Shown piece by piece: positions 1 through 8,488 of a stretch of DNA of 29,333 bases (the first letter of the stretch is position 1; each line of letters begins with the position of its first letter). The stretch spans positions 1 through 29,333 of the forward strand of contig JAQVDW010000023.1 of the NCBI GenBank assembly GCA_028698185.1, given 5' to 3'. A program made the position numbers and the translations under genes. The DNA comes from Erysipelotrichaceae bacterium (GTDB lineage: Bacteria; Bacillota_I; Bacilli_A; Erysipelotrichales; Coprobacillaceae). The notes below the pieces were generated by a model that saw nothing but the letters and a program-made list of their open reading frames with translations, was not told the origin of the DNA and did not search any database.

Positions 1-57
1 CCAAGAAACGGCTGTTCAAATAACGGCTACAATAATAATATGAATATTCATAAGGAA

Positions 58-96
58 AAGCCGAGTCTGTCAATTGGGATGGATCCGGCTTTTTTT
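58..96 (+). terminator. putative intrinsic terminator of an upstream off-window gene
   Basis: AAGCCG (58-63) pairs with CGGCTT (86-91). The loop is large and imperfect. A run of seven T follows at 90-96. Confidence 0.35.
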
Positions 97-124
97 GCTG
101 TACCCGGGAATCCGGGCATGTGAT

Positions 125-153
125 TTGACATAGTAACAACTTTAATGTATGAT
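125..153 (+). promoter_or_regulatory. sigma-A-type promoter of the opuA operon
   Basis: TTGACA (125-130), 17-nt spacer, TATGAT (148-153). The ATG at 145 of the longest ORF lies inside this spacer. Confidence 0.5.
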
Positions 154-183
154 AAAGTTGTATGTTTACGAAGGAGTGATTAT

Positions 184-1398
184 TTGATAGATACAGTAAT
201 AAGTAAAATAGAAGTCAAAAACCTTTTCAAAGTTTTTGGCAAGCAACAAACCAAAGCCTTGGAGCTTCGCAAGGCGGGCAAAAGTAAATCCGAGGTCCTG
301 AAGCAAACCGGGAGCACGATTGGAATTGACAATGTGAATTTCACTGTGCGCCAAGGAGAAATGTTCGTATTAATGGGACTTTCCGGATCAGGAAAGTCGA
401 CAATCTTAAGATGTTTGAATCGCCTTTTGAAACCGACATCGGGATCGGTTGTAATTGATGGCGTCGATATTACCAAATTGGAGAAAAAGGAATTACGTGA
501 ATTCCGCCAAAAGCATATGGCGATGGTTTTTCAGCAGTTCGCGTTGCTGCCCCATCGTACGGTGCTAGACAACACCTTGTTTGGATTGGAAGTCCAGGGT
601 AAAGACCGGGATCAAAACATTGAAAGTGCCAAGAAGGCACTGGAACAAGTCGGTCTTAAAGGTTGGGAAAACAAATACCCGCACCAGCTCTCAGGGGGGA
701 TGAAGCAAAGGGTCGGTCTGGCCCGGGCGCTTTGTTCCAACACCGACATCCTGCTCATGGATGAGGCTTTCAGTGCCTTGGATCCATTGATCAGAGAAGA
801 AATGCAGGATCTGCTGCTTGATTTGTTGGCGGATAGCGACAAGACAGTTATCTTCATCACCCATGATCTAAATGAAGCTTTAAAAATAGGAGACCGGGTG
901 GCCTTCTTGAAGGATGGGGCCCTCATTCAGGTGGGGACACCTGAAGATATTATTGAAAATCCGGCTGACGATTATATCCGCAAGTTCATCCAAGGAGTCG
1001 ATCTGACCAGGGTGTTGAGTGCCAAGGATGTAATGAAGAAGTCAAGCGCCCATGTCCGGTTGACAAGTGGACCGGCTGTCGCATTGGAGACAATGAAGAA
1101 GCACGGGATTTCAAGTGTCTTCGTAGTTGACAAAAAAATGAGATACAAAGGTCTGCTTAGTGTCGAACAGGCAATTAAACTGCGTGACCAAAAAGTCCAA
1201 ACCCTGGAAAACGTAGAGTTTGATGCAAGCCCGGTGGTCGATCACAATACCCCAATCAGCGAATTGCTGGGTCTGTTTGCCACCAGTTCCTTGCCGGTGG
1301 CTGTAATCAACGAGGAAAACCGCCTCCTGGGCGTAATAGTCCGCAGCAGTGTCCTGGCGGCATTGGATCAAAATGAAGGAGGTAGCGACAATGTATAA
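184..1398 (+). CDS. opuAA: glycine betaine/proline betaine ABC transporter ATP-binding protein with C-terminal tandem CBS domains (OpuAA/ProV type)
   Basis: Walker A GLSGSGKST, ABC signature LSGGMKQR, Walker B LLMDEAFSALD, and a roughly 120-aa CBS-pair tail. The ORF track starts at 145, but AAGGAG at 171-176 sits 7 nt before an in-frame TTG at 184, and 145 falls inside the promoter, so 184 is preferred. Confidence 0.9.
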   Translation: MIDTVISKIEVKNLFKVFGKQQTKALELRKAGKSKSEVLKQTGSTIGIDNVNFTVRQGEMFVLMGLSGSGKSTILRCLNRLLKPTSGSVVIDGVDITKLEKKELREFRQKHMAMVFQQFALLPHRTVLDNTLFGLEVQGKDRDQNIESAKKALEQVGLKGWENKYPHQLSGGMKQRVGLARALCSNTDILLMDEAFSALDPLIREEMQDLLLDLLADSDKTVIFITHDLNEALKIGDRVAFLKDGALIQVGTPEDIIENPADDYIRKFIQGVDLTRVLSAKDVMKKSSAHVRLTSGPAVALETMKKHGISSVFVVDKKMRYKGLLSVEQAIKLRDQKVQTLENVEFDASPVVDHNTPISELLGLFATSSLPVAVINEENRLLGVIVRSSVLAALDQNEGGSDNV

Positions 1399-2230
1399 GT
1401 TACCAATTGCGCAAACCATTGACGGATTTGTTTCCTGGATGGAAAAATCATGGGGACCGGCATTGGATGCTTTCTCTGAGGTTTTCGGGGATATAATCGA
1501 AGCAGTTACTGATGGGTTGAATTTTGTCCCTTGGTGGGTAATAGTAATTATTGTTGCCCTGATAGCCTTCAAGACAAATGGTCTGAAGTTTTTAATCGGT
1601 TCGGTTCTTGGATTGGTTCTGATATGGAATCTCAACCTGTGGCCGGCGTTTATTGCAACCCTCGTGTTGGTGCTGTTCTCATCGGTGATATCGATGATGA
1701 TCGGGTTTCCATTGGGGATAATTTCCGGCAAGAGTGAGAAATTCAATATGGTCATTATGCCGGTATTGGATTTCATGCAAACAATGCCTTCATTTGTCTA
1801 CTTGATTCCGGCGCTTTTGATGTTCGGGATTGGCCAAGTGCCGGCGATATTTGCGACAGTCATATTTTCGATGCCCCCTATCATCAAGCTTACTGATTTA
1901 GGGATCCGCCAAGTACCTGACGACCTGATTGAGGTTGGGGAGTCATTCGGGTGCACCCCGATTCAGCTATTGTTCAAAATCCAGCTTCCCGTAGCGATTC
2001 CGACAATCATGACCGGGGTCAACCAGACGATGATGCTGGCCTTGTCGATGGTCGTGGTCTCGGCAATGATCGGGGCCGGTGGACTTGGTGCCGGTGTATT
2101 ACAGGCAATTTCCCAACTTAAAAACGGGATGGGATTTGAATACGGGATAGCCGTGGTTATCATGGCAATCATTCTTGATCGGATTCTCCAAGGTATCGGC
2201 AAAAAGATGCAAGTGGAAGAAAAACATTAA
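1391..2230 (+). CDS. opuAB: glycine betaine ABC transporter permease
   Basis: Polytopic membrane protein with an EAA-like loop (ESFGCTPIQLLFKIQLPVAIP). ATG at 1391 is preceded by GAAGGAGG and overlaps the opuAA stop. The ORF-track start at 1349 has no RBS. Confidence 0.88.
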   Translation: MYKLPIAQTIDGFVSWMEKSWGPALDAFSEVFGDIIEAVTDGLNFVPWWVIVIIVALIAFKTNGLKFLIGSVLGLVLIWNLNLWPAFIATLVLVLFSSVISMMIGFPLGIISGKSEKFNMVIMPVLDFMQTMPSFVYLIPALLMFGIGQVPAIFATVIFSMPPIIKLTDLGIRQVPDDLIEVGESFGCTPIQLLFKIQLPVAIPTIMTGVNQTMMLALSMVVVSAMIGAGGLGAGVLQAISQLKNGMGFEYGIAVVIMAIILDRILQGIGKKMQVEEKH

Positions 2231-2244
2231 CGAGGAGGAATTGA

Positions 2245-3123
2245 ATGTTTACTAAGAAAATGAAAAAAGCGACAGCGTTTATTTGCGCGGCATTCGTAGG
2301 TGCCGCAGGACTTACCGGGTGTTCGAATACAAGTTCTTCATCCGATGGAGAAACAATTAAAATAGGATTTGTCAACTGGGCCGAATGTGTCGCGGTCAGC
2401 AATATCTGGGAAAATATCCTGGAAGAACAAGGGTATGAAGTCGAATTGACCCAACTTGATGTCGCGCCGTTATTTGTGGGGATGTCCCAAGGGAGTGTAG
2501 ATATCTTTTTGGATGCATGGCTGCCAACAACCCATTCTAATTACTGGGAACAATACGAGGGAGACTTGTACGATGCAGGTGTCTGGTATGAGGAATCTGC
2601 CAAATTGGGGATTGTAGTGCCTAGCTATGTAACAATCGATTCCCTTGAGGATTTCAACGGCGTAGCTGACCAGTTCGACAATGAGATAATTGGAATCGAA
2701 CCCGGAGCTGGAATGATGAAAACAACAGCTCAGGTGCTAGAGGATTACGGTATGGATGATACCACGTTAGTTCAGGGTAGTGAGGCGGCGATGCTTGCAG
2801 CGTTGTCGAAAGCCTATGAAAAGAATGAGTGGATTGCAGTTACCGGTTGGTCGCCACACTGGATGTTCGCTTCTTATGATCTCAAATATTTAGAAGACCC
2901 TAAAGGGAACTTCGGATCAGCTGAGCAGCTCCACACATTGTTGAACGATGACTTTGCCCAAGCGAATCCTGAGGTCACTGCAATGCTTGAAAGATTCTCC
3001 ATGGGAGACCAGGAAATCGGAAGTGTTGAAAAGCTGATAAATGATGGCATGGACCCAAGTGATGCCGCTAAACAATGGATTGAAGACAACCAGGATCTTG
3101 TGGATTCTTGGATTGGCGAATAA
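2245..3123 (+). CDS. opuAC: glycine betaine-binding lipoprotein (OpuAC-type substrate-binding protein)
   Basis: Signal peptide with lipobox LTGC. Family-typical segments include IKIGFVNWAECVAVSNIW and WSPHWMF. RBS GAGGAGG lies upstream. It is the third gene of the opuA operon. Confidence 0.85.
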   Translation: MFTKKMKKATAFICAAFVGAAGLTGCSNTSSSSDGETIKIGFVNWAECVAVSNIWENILEEQGYEVELTQLDVAPLFVGMSQGSVDIFLDAWLPTTHSNYWEQYEGDLYDAGVWYEESAKLGIVVPSYVTIDSLEDFNGVADQFDNEIIGIEPGAGMMKTTAQVLEDYGMDDTTLVQGSEAAMLAALSKAYEKNEWIAVTGWSPHWMFASYDLKYLEDPKGNFGSAEQLHTLLNDDFAQANPEVTAMLERFSMGDQEIGSVEKLINDGMDPSDAAKQWIEDNQDLVDSWIGE

Positions 3124-3153
3124 AAAAATGCAGACAGGAATGTCTGCATTTTT
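3122..3153. terminator. bidirectional intrinsic terminator between opuAC and the convergent GntR gene
   Basis: A7 run, TGCAGACA (3129-3136), loop GGAA, TGTCTGCA (3141-3148), then a T5 run. Confidence 0.7.
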
Positions 3154-3775
3154 ATTCGCCGTAGAAAAACAGCTTCACTTTGGGAGGCGTGTCGACCTTG
3201 CCAAAGTAAAATATTGTGTCCTGGGATTTGAAAGATTCATAAGGTCCAGGTGAGATGATAAGATTGCCATCGCGGCGGATGGCGACGATGGTTGCCTGGG
3301 TATACTCCCACAATGGCAATTCTCCAATCGGCTGTTCCAGGTGGTTTGCGTGGGGCTCCATTACCATCTGGTAGGGGATAAATGGGTTTTCGGAACGCAG
3401 GTTTTCAGTCCGTTCAACGAGTTCCATCATTTTTTCATTGAAAAAATCGAGTTCCTTTTTCTGGCGAGCCACACTTTCCGCCATCTCTTTTTTCAAATCC
3501 ACCAGGGTTGATATGCTCTGGTTTTGTTCCACGTATTTGAGTGCCTTGTCGGTGGATAGGATGGTTATGCCAGTCCCTTTTTTTGTTGAAACAATACCTA
3601 AGTCAACAAGGATGTGGATCGCCCGCCGGGCAGTTTCGCTCGAAACGGCATAGCGGCCGGCGAGCGAGGAACTGGCGTAGATTTTATCGCCTTCATTAAG
3701 TTCGCCATTGGCGATTTTCGAAGCAATGTCCAGGGCGATTTTATGATAACGTGGCATTTCGATTCTTTTAGCCAT
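3152..3775 (-). CDS. GntR-family HTH transcriptional regulator with C-terminal TrkA-C (RCK_C) ligand-binding domain
   Basis: N-terminal winged-helix pattern (YHKIALDIASKIANGELNEGDKIYASSSLAGRYAVSSETARRAIHILVDLGIV), a central coiled coil, and a C-terminal TrkA-C-like segment (TIVAIRRDGNLIISPGPYESFKSQDTIFYFG). RBS AGGAGA lies 5 nt before the ATG. Confidence 0.7.
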   Translation of the reverse strand: MAKRIEMPRYHKIALDIASKIANGELNEGDKIYASSSLAGRYAVSSETARRAIHILVDLGIVSTKKGTGITILSTDKALKYVEQNQSISTLVDLKKEMAESVARQKKELDFFNEKMMELVERTENLRSENPFIPYQMVMEPHANHLEQPIGELPLWEYTQATIVAIRRDGNLIISPGPYESFKSQDTIFYFGKVDTPPKVKLFFYGE

Positions 3776-3787
3776 AAGGGTCTCCTG

Positions 3788-6700
3788 TCAATTAAAGTCT
3801 ATTTTGAAAAGTTCCGCTATTTCCTGCTGGTTCATTGCGGTAATCGAACCATCGTTGTTCTCGACGAAGACCTGAGCCAGGTCGTGCTTCTGTTTTTGGA
3901 GATTTTGGATTTTCTCCTCAATCGAGTCTTTCATGATCAGTTTATAAACCTGGACCTTGTTTTTCTGTCCGATTCGGTATGCCCGGTCGGTGGCCTGGTT
4001 TTGGGCCGAGAGATTCCACCAAGGGTCGAAGTGGATGACGCTTGAGGCGGCGGTCAGGTTCAAGCCCGTACCCCCGGCCTTCAAGGAGATCAGGAACACG
4101 GTAGTGTCATCGACTTGGAAGTTGTTGACCAGCTGATGGCGTTTTGATTTCGAGGTCTCGCCGGTAAGTTTGTAATACGAGATATTGCGCTCCTTTAGCT
4201 GTTCTTCCACCAGGCTCAATACCGAGGTGAATGACGAGAACAGGAGGACCTTTTCATTTTCCTGCTGGATGTTGTCGATCAGGTTCATGCAGACCTCGAG
4301 CTTGCTTGAGGGCTCGGCGAATTCCTGGTAAACCAGTCGGGGGTCGCAGCAAAGCTGGCGCAACTTGGTCATCATCGCGAGGACCTTGACCTTGTTGAAG
4401 ACTTCCCCAGCCATCATTGTCTGTAATTCGTTGTTGACCTGGACCAGGTTGGCCAGATATATTTTCTTTTCCTCGTCATTGAAACGGATGTGGATGTCGT
4501 TTTCGGTTTTTTCCGGAAGCTCCTTGAGAACTTGACTTTTGGTTCGTCGCAAAATGAAGGGCTCAACCATCCGTTGGAGTCTTTTGGTTATCTCCTGGTC
4601 GTTGTTTTTTACGATTGGCGTCTCGAAATTGCGTTTGAAGTAGCTGTAGTTGAACAGGTACTCGGGCATCAAAAAATCGAACAATGACCACAGTTCGGCC
4701 AGCGAGTTTTCGATCGGTGTACCGGTAAGTGCCAGGCGGTGTTCGCCCTGGATTTTCTTGACTTCCTGGGCATTCTTGGTCTTTTGGTTCTTGATGTACT
4801 GGGCTTCGTCAAGGATGACGTAATCGAAGACAATATCCTGATAGAGATCACTGTCACGGCGGATATAGTCATATGATGTCAAGACGACATCGTAATCCTT
4901 GATTGTCCGGATGTCTTCAAGGCGGGCCTTGGCGGTTCCTTGGATGCAGATGACTTTGAGGTTGTCGGTGAACTTCTCGATCTCGTCCTTCCAGTTCAAA
5001 ATCAGCGTCGCCGGGGTGATGACGATGCTTGTCTTGCCCTGGCCTTTGTTTGCCTCGAGCAATGCGATCACCTGGAGGGTTTTCCCCAAGCCCATATCGT
5101 CGCAAAGGATCCCATTGAATCCGTAATGCTCAAGGGTTTTAAGCCAGCGGAAGCCGTCTTTCTGGTAGTTGCGCAGGATGGTCTGGAATTTTTGGGGCGC
5201 AAAGAACTTGTTTGGATCGACGTCTTTGATGCCATCAACCAAATCGGTGAATGCCTCGTTGCGCGATTTCACCGCCAGTTTTGATTCATCCATCAGACTG
5301 TTGAGGTACATTGCCCGGGATTTGTCGACGGTGATCGAGTTGTCCTGGATCATCTTCAAATCGATGTTCAAATCTTCCATCAGGTCATTTACGGCCTGGA
5401 TGCTTTCGTCTTCCAGGGTGATCACGTTGCCGTTGTTGAGGCGGTGGAAGGTCCGGTTGGCCCGGTAAGCCTTGAGGATGTCGATCACTTCATCCTGGTC
5501 GATATCGAGGTTGTCGAAGTTGATTTCGAGCAGGTTGTTCTCGAGCTTGACTCCGACACTCAAAGCGAGGCTCTTGTTTTTCTGGATGCTTTCGATTGCG
5601 TCGGATACGAAAACTTCGGAGAATTCCTTGAAGCGGGGCAGCTGCTTTTTGATGTAGTCTGTTGTCGCCGTGTAGCTCTTGTCAAGAACGAAGCAGTTGC
5701 GGGATTTGTCGAACTCAAAATCCTTGCTCAAAAGGTTCTGGGTCGAAGACACCCCAATTGGAAGATTGTAGTCGGTGAGCATCGGATCGGAGATTTCGTT
5801 CTCATTCTCATCGATATATTTCAAATCAATCCGGAGATTGTTGTCGTAATCGATGTCGGCGTAAACCTGAACGTAGACATCGTCAGTCAGATATTCGTCA
5901 TAGTCATCATCGATAAGCTCCACGTATGGAGAAATCCGATCGATGATATACTTTCCAAAATCTTTCTTGTTTTCGTTGAAGACGATTATATCTTCCTCGA
6001 GGATGGAGGCGATGAAACTCTTGAGGGCGTTTGAAGCCATCAATGGGTACCGATAGAGTTTGGCTTCGATCAGGTGGTAAAGGTGCTGATGGCCGAAAAA
6101 TATCCGCCCGGGAACGTTATGCAATGTGAACTTGTCATATTGGCCGTGGTTCTCTTTCTTGATTTTGATAACCTTCGGTGCCTTGTCGACAAATTTCAAA
6201 TATGGATTTTCAAGGTCGAAATAGGCGTGGTAAAACAGGTCGATATTGTCATCGTCGATCGAGATGTAGCGGGTCAGCATGTCGTTGATGTTGGTTGCTT
6301 CCCTAATGAAATCAATCTGGCGGATGGCCAACGGGCTGAAGTCCGATTTTTCATGGTTGGTTATCAGCTCCTTACCGTACTTGATTCTTGCCTTAGTGTT
6401 GTAGTTTTCAATGAATTGGGGCAAGGATTTGATGACGTAAAGGCGGCTGCTGCCGATTTTATAATCGACCGAGATATGATCGTCTTCGCTGATGGCAATG
6501 GTCGGTGCGATCGTGATGTTCTTGTCGAGCTTGGTAGTGGCCTCGAGAATTTCCTCCTGATAGGTGCTGATCAGCTTCAAAGATTGGCTTTTTTGTTCGA
6601 TGATCGCCTTTTCCTGGAAAATCCGCTGCATGTTCAAGAGGCGGTCTTTGTAGTTGTCATTGGATACATAGTGGTATGGCAGTTTGGTCGCACTGTCAAG

Positions 6701-6982
6701 GTTGGCGAATTCGACAAGCAAGGCCCCGACGTGGCTGCAGACGATCTCACCCTTGCTGTGGCGGTCACAATCGCAAGAAAAATCCCCGATGGTACCGTCA
6801 AGGTTGACGGTCGCATGGGCATTGTAATTTTTTTTGTATTGCTCGACAATCCCGTCAAGCTGGAAAGAGTTGTCTTGTTTGAGATTGAACTCTTTTATTT
6901 TCCGGTATTTTATCAATGAATTGGCAATTTTGTAGTTCACAAAAGTCATCAGGCTTTTCAACTGTTTCGTATCTAATTTCAT
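3788..6982 (-). CDS. SNF2-family DEAD/H helicase-like ATPase with N-terminal SWIM zinc finger
   Basis: SWIM CxCx(n)CxH (CDCDRHSKGEIVCSH). Helicase motifs are I DDMGLGKT, II DEAQYIKN, III LALTGTP and VI QATDRAYRIGQ. ATG at 6982 is preceded by GGAGG (6988-6992). The ORF-track start at 7030 is a TTG inside the promoter region. Confidence 0.9.
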   Translation of the reverse strand: MKLDTKQLKSLMTFVNYKIANSLIKYRKIKEFNLKQDNSFQLDGIVEQYKKNYNAHATVNLDGTIGDFSCDCDRHSKGEIVCSHVGALLVEFANLDSATKLPYHYVSNDNYKDRLLNMQRIFQEKAIIEQKSQSLKLISTYQEEILEATTKLDKNITIAPTIAISEDDHISVDYKIGSSRLYVIKSLPQFIENYNTKARIKYGKELITNHEKSDFSPLAIRQIDFIREATNINDMLTRYISIDDDNIDLFYHAYFDLENPYLKFVDKAPKVIKIKKENHGQYDKFTLHNVPGRIFFGHQHLYHLIEAKLYRYPLMASNALKSFIASILEEDIIVFNENKKDFGKYIIDRISPYVELIDDDYDEYLTDDVYVQVYADIDYDNNLRIDLKYIDENENEISDPMLTDYNLPIGVSSTQNLLSKDFEFDKSRNCFVLDKSYTATTDYIKKQLPRFKEFSEVFVSDAIESIQKNKSLALSVGVKLENNLLEINFDNLDIDQDEVIDILKAYRANRTFHRLNNGNVITLEDESIQAVNDLMEDLNIDLKMIQDNSITVDKSRAMYLNSLMDESKLAVKSRNEAFTDLVDGIKDVDPNKFFAPQKFQTILRNYQKDGFRWLKTLEHYGFNGILCDDMGLGKTLQVIALLEANKGQGKTSIVITPATLILNWKDEIEKFTDNLKVICIQGTAKARLEDIRTIKDYDVVLTSYDYIRRDSDLYQDIVFDYVILDEAQYIKNQKTKNAQEVKKIQGEHRLALTGTPIENSLAELWSLFDFLMPEYLFNYSYFKRNFETPIVKNNDQEITKRLQRMVEPFILRRTKSQVLKELPEKTENDIHIRFNDEEKKIYLANLVQVNNELQTMMAGEVFNKVKVLAMMTKLRQLCCDPRLVYQEFAEPSSKLEVCMNLIDNIQQENEKVLLFSSFTSVLSLVEEQLKERNISYYKLTGETSKSKRHQLVNNFQVDDTTVFLISLKAGGTGLNLTAASSVIHFDPWWNLSAQNQATDRAYRIGQKNKVQVYKLIMKDSIEEKIQNLQKQKHDLAQVFVENNDGSITAMNQQEIAELFKIDFN

Positions 6983-7003
6983 AAAAACCTCCAAATATCT
7001 TAC

Positions 7004-7030
7004 ATTATAACATAAAATGAAAATGTACAA
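7004..7030 (-). promoter_or_regulatory. putative extended -10 promoter of the SNF2-GntR unit
   Basis: Minus strand reads TTGTAC, 15 nt, then TGTTATAAT. The -35 spacing is suboptimal, so the call rests mainly on the extended -10. Confidence 0.35.
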
Positions 7031-7056
7031 CCATAAATCAGGCTCATTTTATTGGC

Positions 7057-7084
7057 AAAAAAACCACTGATCAGGTCAGTGGTT
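7057..7084 (-). terminator. intrinsic terminator downstream of the antiporter gene
   Basis: Minus strand shows AACCACTGA, loop CCTGA, TCAGTGGTT (9-bp stem), followed by a T7 run. Confidence 0.7.
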
Positions 7085-7106
7085 GAAATCTTTGGAAATT
7101 TATTCA

Positions 7107-8315
7107 TCATTGTGGTGTTTTGGGACGTGAGCGGCTTTGGCTTGGTTGCAGCAGACGCTTGTACGTGAGGTCGACACCGATGGCACCAAGCGGGGCAGTC
7201 ACGATGATTGCCAAAACGGCGATTGTCAAAATTATGCCTCCAGACTCCAGTCCGGCAGCCAGGGGTACGGCTCCGATTGCGGCCTGGACTGTGGCCTTTG
7301 GCAGATATCCGATGCAGCAAAACAGGCGTTCCTGGAAATTGAGCTTTGTCTTTGCCAGTGAAATCAGGACACCGAGGATACGAAATGAAAGGGCGATGAG
7401 GATCACGGCCAGATAATTGAACCCGGCATGGAACAGGTATTCGATATTGACGGCGGCTCCGACCAGGACAAACAGGATGATTTCGCCGCTGACCCAGATT
7501 TTTGAAAATTTCCCCATGATTCTTTTTGCGAGCGGCTCGTAGAATTTCAAGATAGCGGCCCCCATGGCCATCACTGCCAACAAGCCAGACAGCGGGAAGG
7601 TCCCTTTCAATGCTTCCTCAAGGGATACGAAAATAAAGGCGAAGCTCAAGATTACCAGGACTTTTACGGTATCTCGGGTGTGGATCGTCTTGAAGACCCT
7701 GACCAAAGCATAACCGGCAAGGGTGCCAAGGGCCAGGCTGCTCACAATTGAAACAGGGACGTTGACCAGCGAGGTGAATGAGAAGCTTGAGCCCTGCGCC
7801 ATCTTCAAAAATGATGTGAATAGGACAATGACATAGATGTCATCAACCGAAGCGCCAGCCATAATCAGCTGAGGGATGCTTTTGTCCATGCCATATCCTT
7901 TTTCCATCAGCATGATCATCCTAGGAACGATCACGGCCGGGGACACGGCTGCTACGACACAACCCATGATTGCTCCATCAAGGTAGCTGACATTGAGCAG
8001 GGTCGGGGCCAGAACGGTAACAGTCGCTATTTCAAGGGTGGCCGGAATGAAACACATCAAGATGGCAGGTCGGCCAACTTTTTTTAGGTCGGCCAGATCT
8101 ATTGAAAGACCGGCCCGGGTCAGGATGACTATCAGGGCAATCTGACGCAACTGCGGGGAAATATCAAGGATGTCTGATGAAATAAGATTGAAAAAAGAAG
8201 GTCCCAGGATGATGCCTGTGAATATCATTCCCAGCAAACCGGGTATTTTCAGACGGTTCAGGATGCCGCTCATTCCAAAACCGATGATGATGATTAAAGC
8301 CAAGCTAAGTAACAT
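7107..8315 (-). CDS. cation:proton antiporter (Na+/H+ exchanger family)
   Basis: About 11 predicted TM segments. The N-terminus LLSLALIIIIGFGMSGILNRLKIPGLLGMIFTGIILGP is typical of Na_H_Exchanger proteins. ATG at 8315 is preceded by AGGAGA. The longer ORF to 8381 runs into the upstream terminator hairpin. Confidence 0.8.
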   Translation of the reverse strand: MLLSLALIIIIGFGMSGILNRLKIPGLLGMIFTGIILGPSFFNLISSDILDISPQLRQIALIVILTRAGLSIDLADLKKVGRPAILMCFIPATLEIATVTVLAPTLLNVSYLDGAIMGCVVAAVSPAVIVPRMIMLMEKGYGMDKSIPQLIMAGASVDDIYVIVLFTSFLKMAQGSSFSFTSLVNVPVSIVSSLALGTLAGYALVRVFKTIHTRDTVKVLVILSFAFIFVSLEEALKGTFPLSGLLAVMAMGAAILKFYEPLAKRIMGKFSKIWVSGEIILFVLVGAAVNIEYLFHAGFNYLAVILIALSFRILGVLISLAKTKLNFQERLFCCIGYLPKATVQAAIGAVPLAAGLESGGIILTIAVLAIIVTAPLGAIGVDLTYKRLLQPSQSRSRPKTPQ

Positions 8316-8340
8316 ATTATTCTCTCCTGTAAATTTTACT

Positions 8341-8386
8341 AAAAAAGCTGATGGTTCTCCTGTGAAAGTCACAGAAGTCATCAGCT
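8341..8386 (-). terminator. strong intrinsic terminator or attenuator hairpin 25 nt upstream of the antiporter start
   Basis: Minus strand reads AGCTGATG-AC-TTCTGTGA-CTT-TCACAGGA-GAAC-CATCAGCT, about 16 bp with an internal loop, followed by U6. Confidence 0.7.
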
Positions 8387-8435
8387 AAAAAGCGGTTTAA
8401 GCATATGCTTTGGGAGAACTTCATTCCCGATAAGA

Positions 8436-8464
8436 ATTTTAGCATAGCCCGCATGATAAGACAA
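8436..8464 (-). promoter_or_regulatory. putative promoter located upstream of the 8341-8386 hairpin
   Basis: Minus strand reads TTGTCT (8464-8459), 17 nt, then TGCTAAAAT (extended -10, TAAAAT at 8441-8436). Confidence 0.4.
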
Positions 8465-8488
8465 TATCAAATTGTAAAAACAACTGCC

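Noticed and set aside
145-183. Longest-ORF 5' extensions, here for opuAA. Similar cases: 1349 for opuAB, 7030 for SNF2, 8381 for the antiporter, 10911 for deoD, 26966 for CYTH, 28810 for SEDS, 28851 for EIIB-like.
   Set aside because: In each case a downstream in-frame start has a canonical GGAGG-type RBS at 5-8 nt. The extension overlaps a promoter, a terminator or the preceding gene.
3614-4045. 143-aa plus-strand ORF spanning the GntR/SNF2 junction.
   Set aside because: It is antisense to two well-supported genes and has no RBS or recognisable domain.
5444-6919. Long plus-strand ORFs (196 aa at 5444-6034, 281 aa at 6074-6919) antisense to the SNF2 gene.
   Set aside because: These are shadow ORFs in the antisense frame of a strongly supported gene. 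They have Val/Asp/Phe/Leu-rich low-information sequence and no RBS.
3788-7030. The SNF2 helicase as the core of a phage-defence system (DISARM, Zorya or BREX-like).
   Set aside because: No methyltransferase, PLD/nuclease, DUF1998, ZorA/B-like or other partner genes are present. The flanks are a transporter operon, a regulator and an antiporter. SWIM-SNF2 proteins of this architecture are common stand-alone chromosomal genes in Bacillota.
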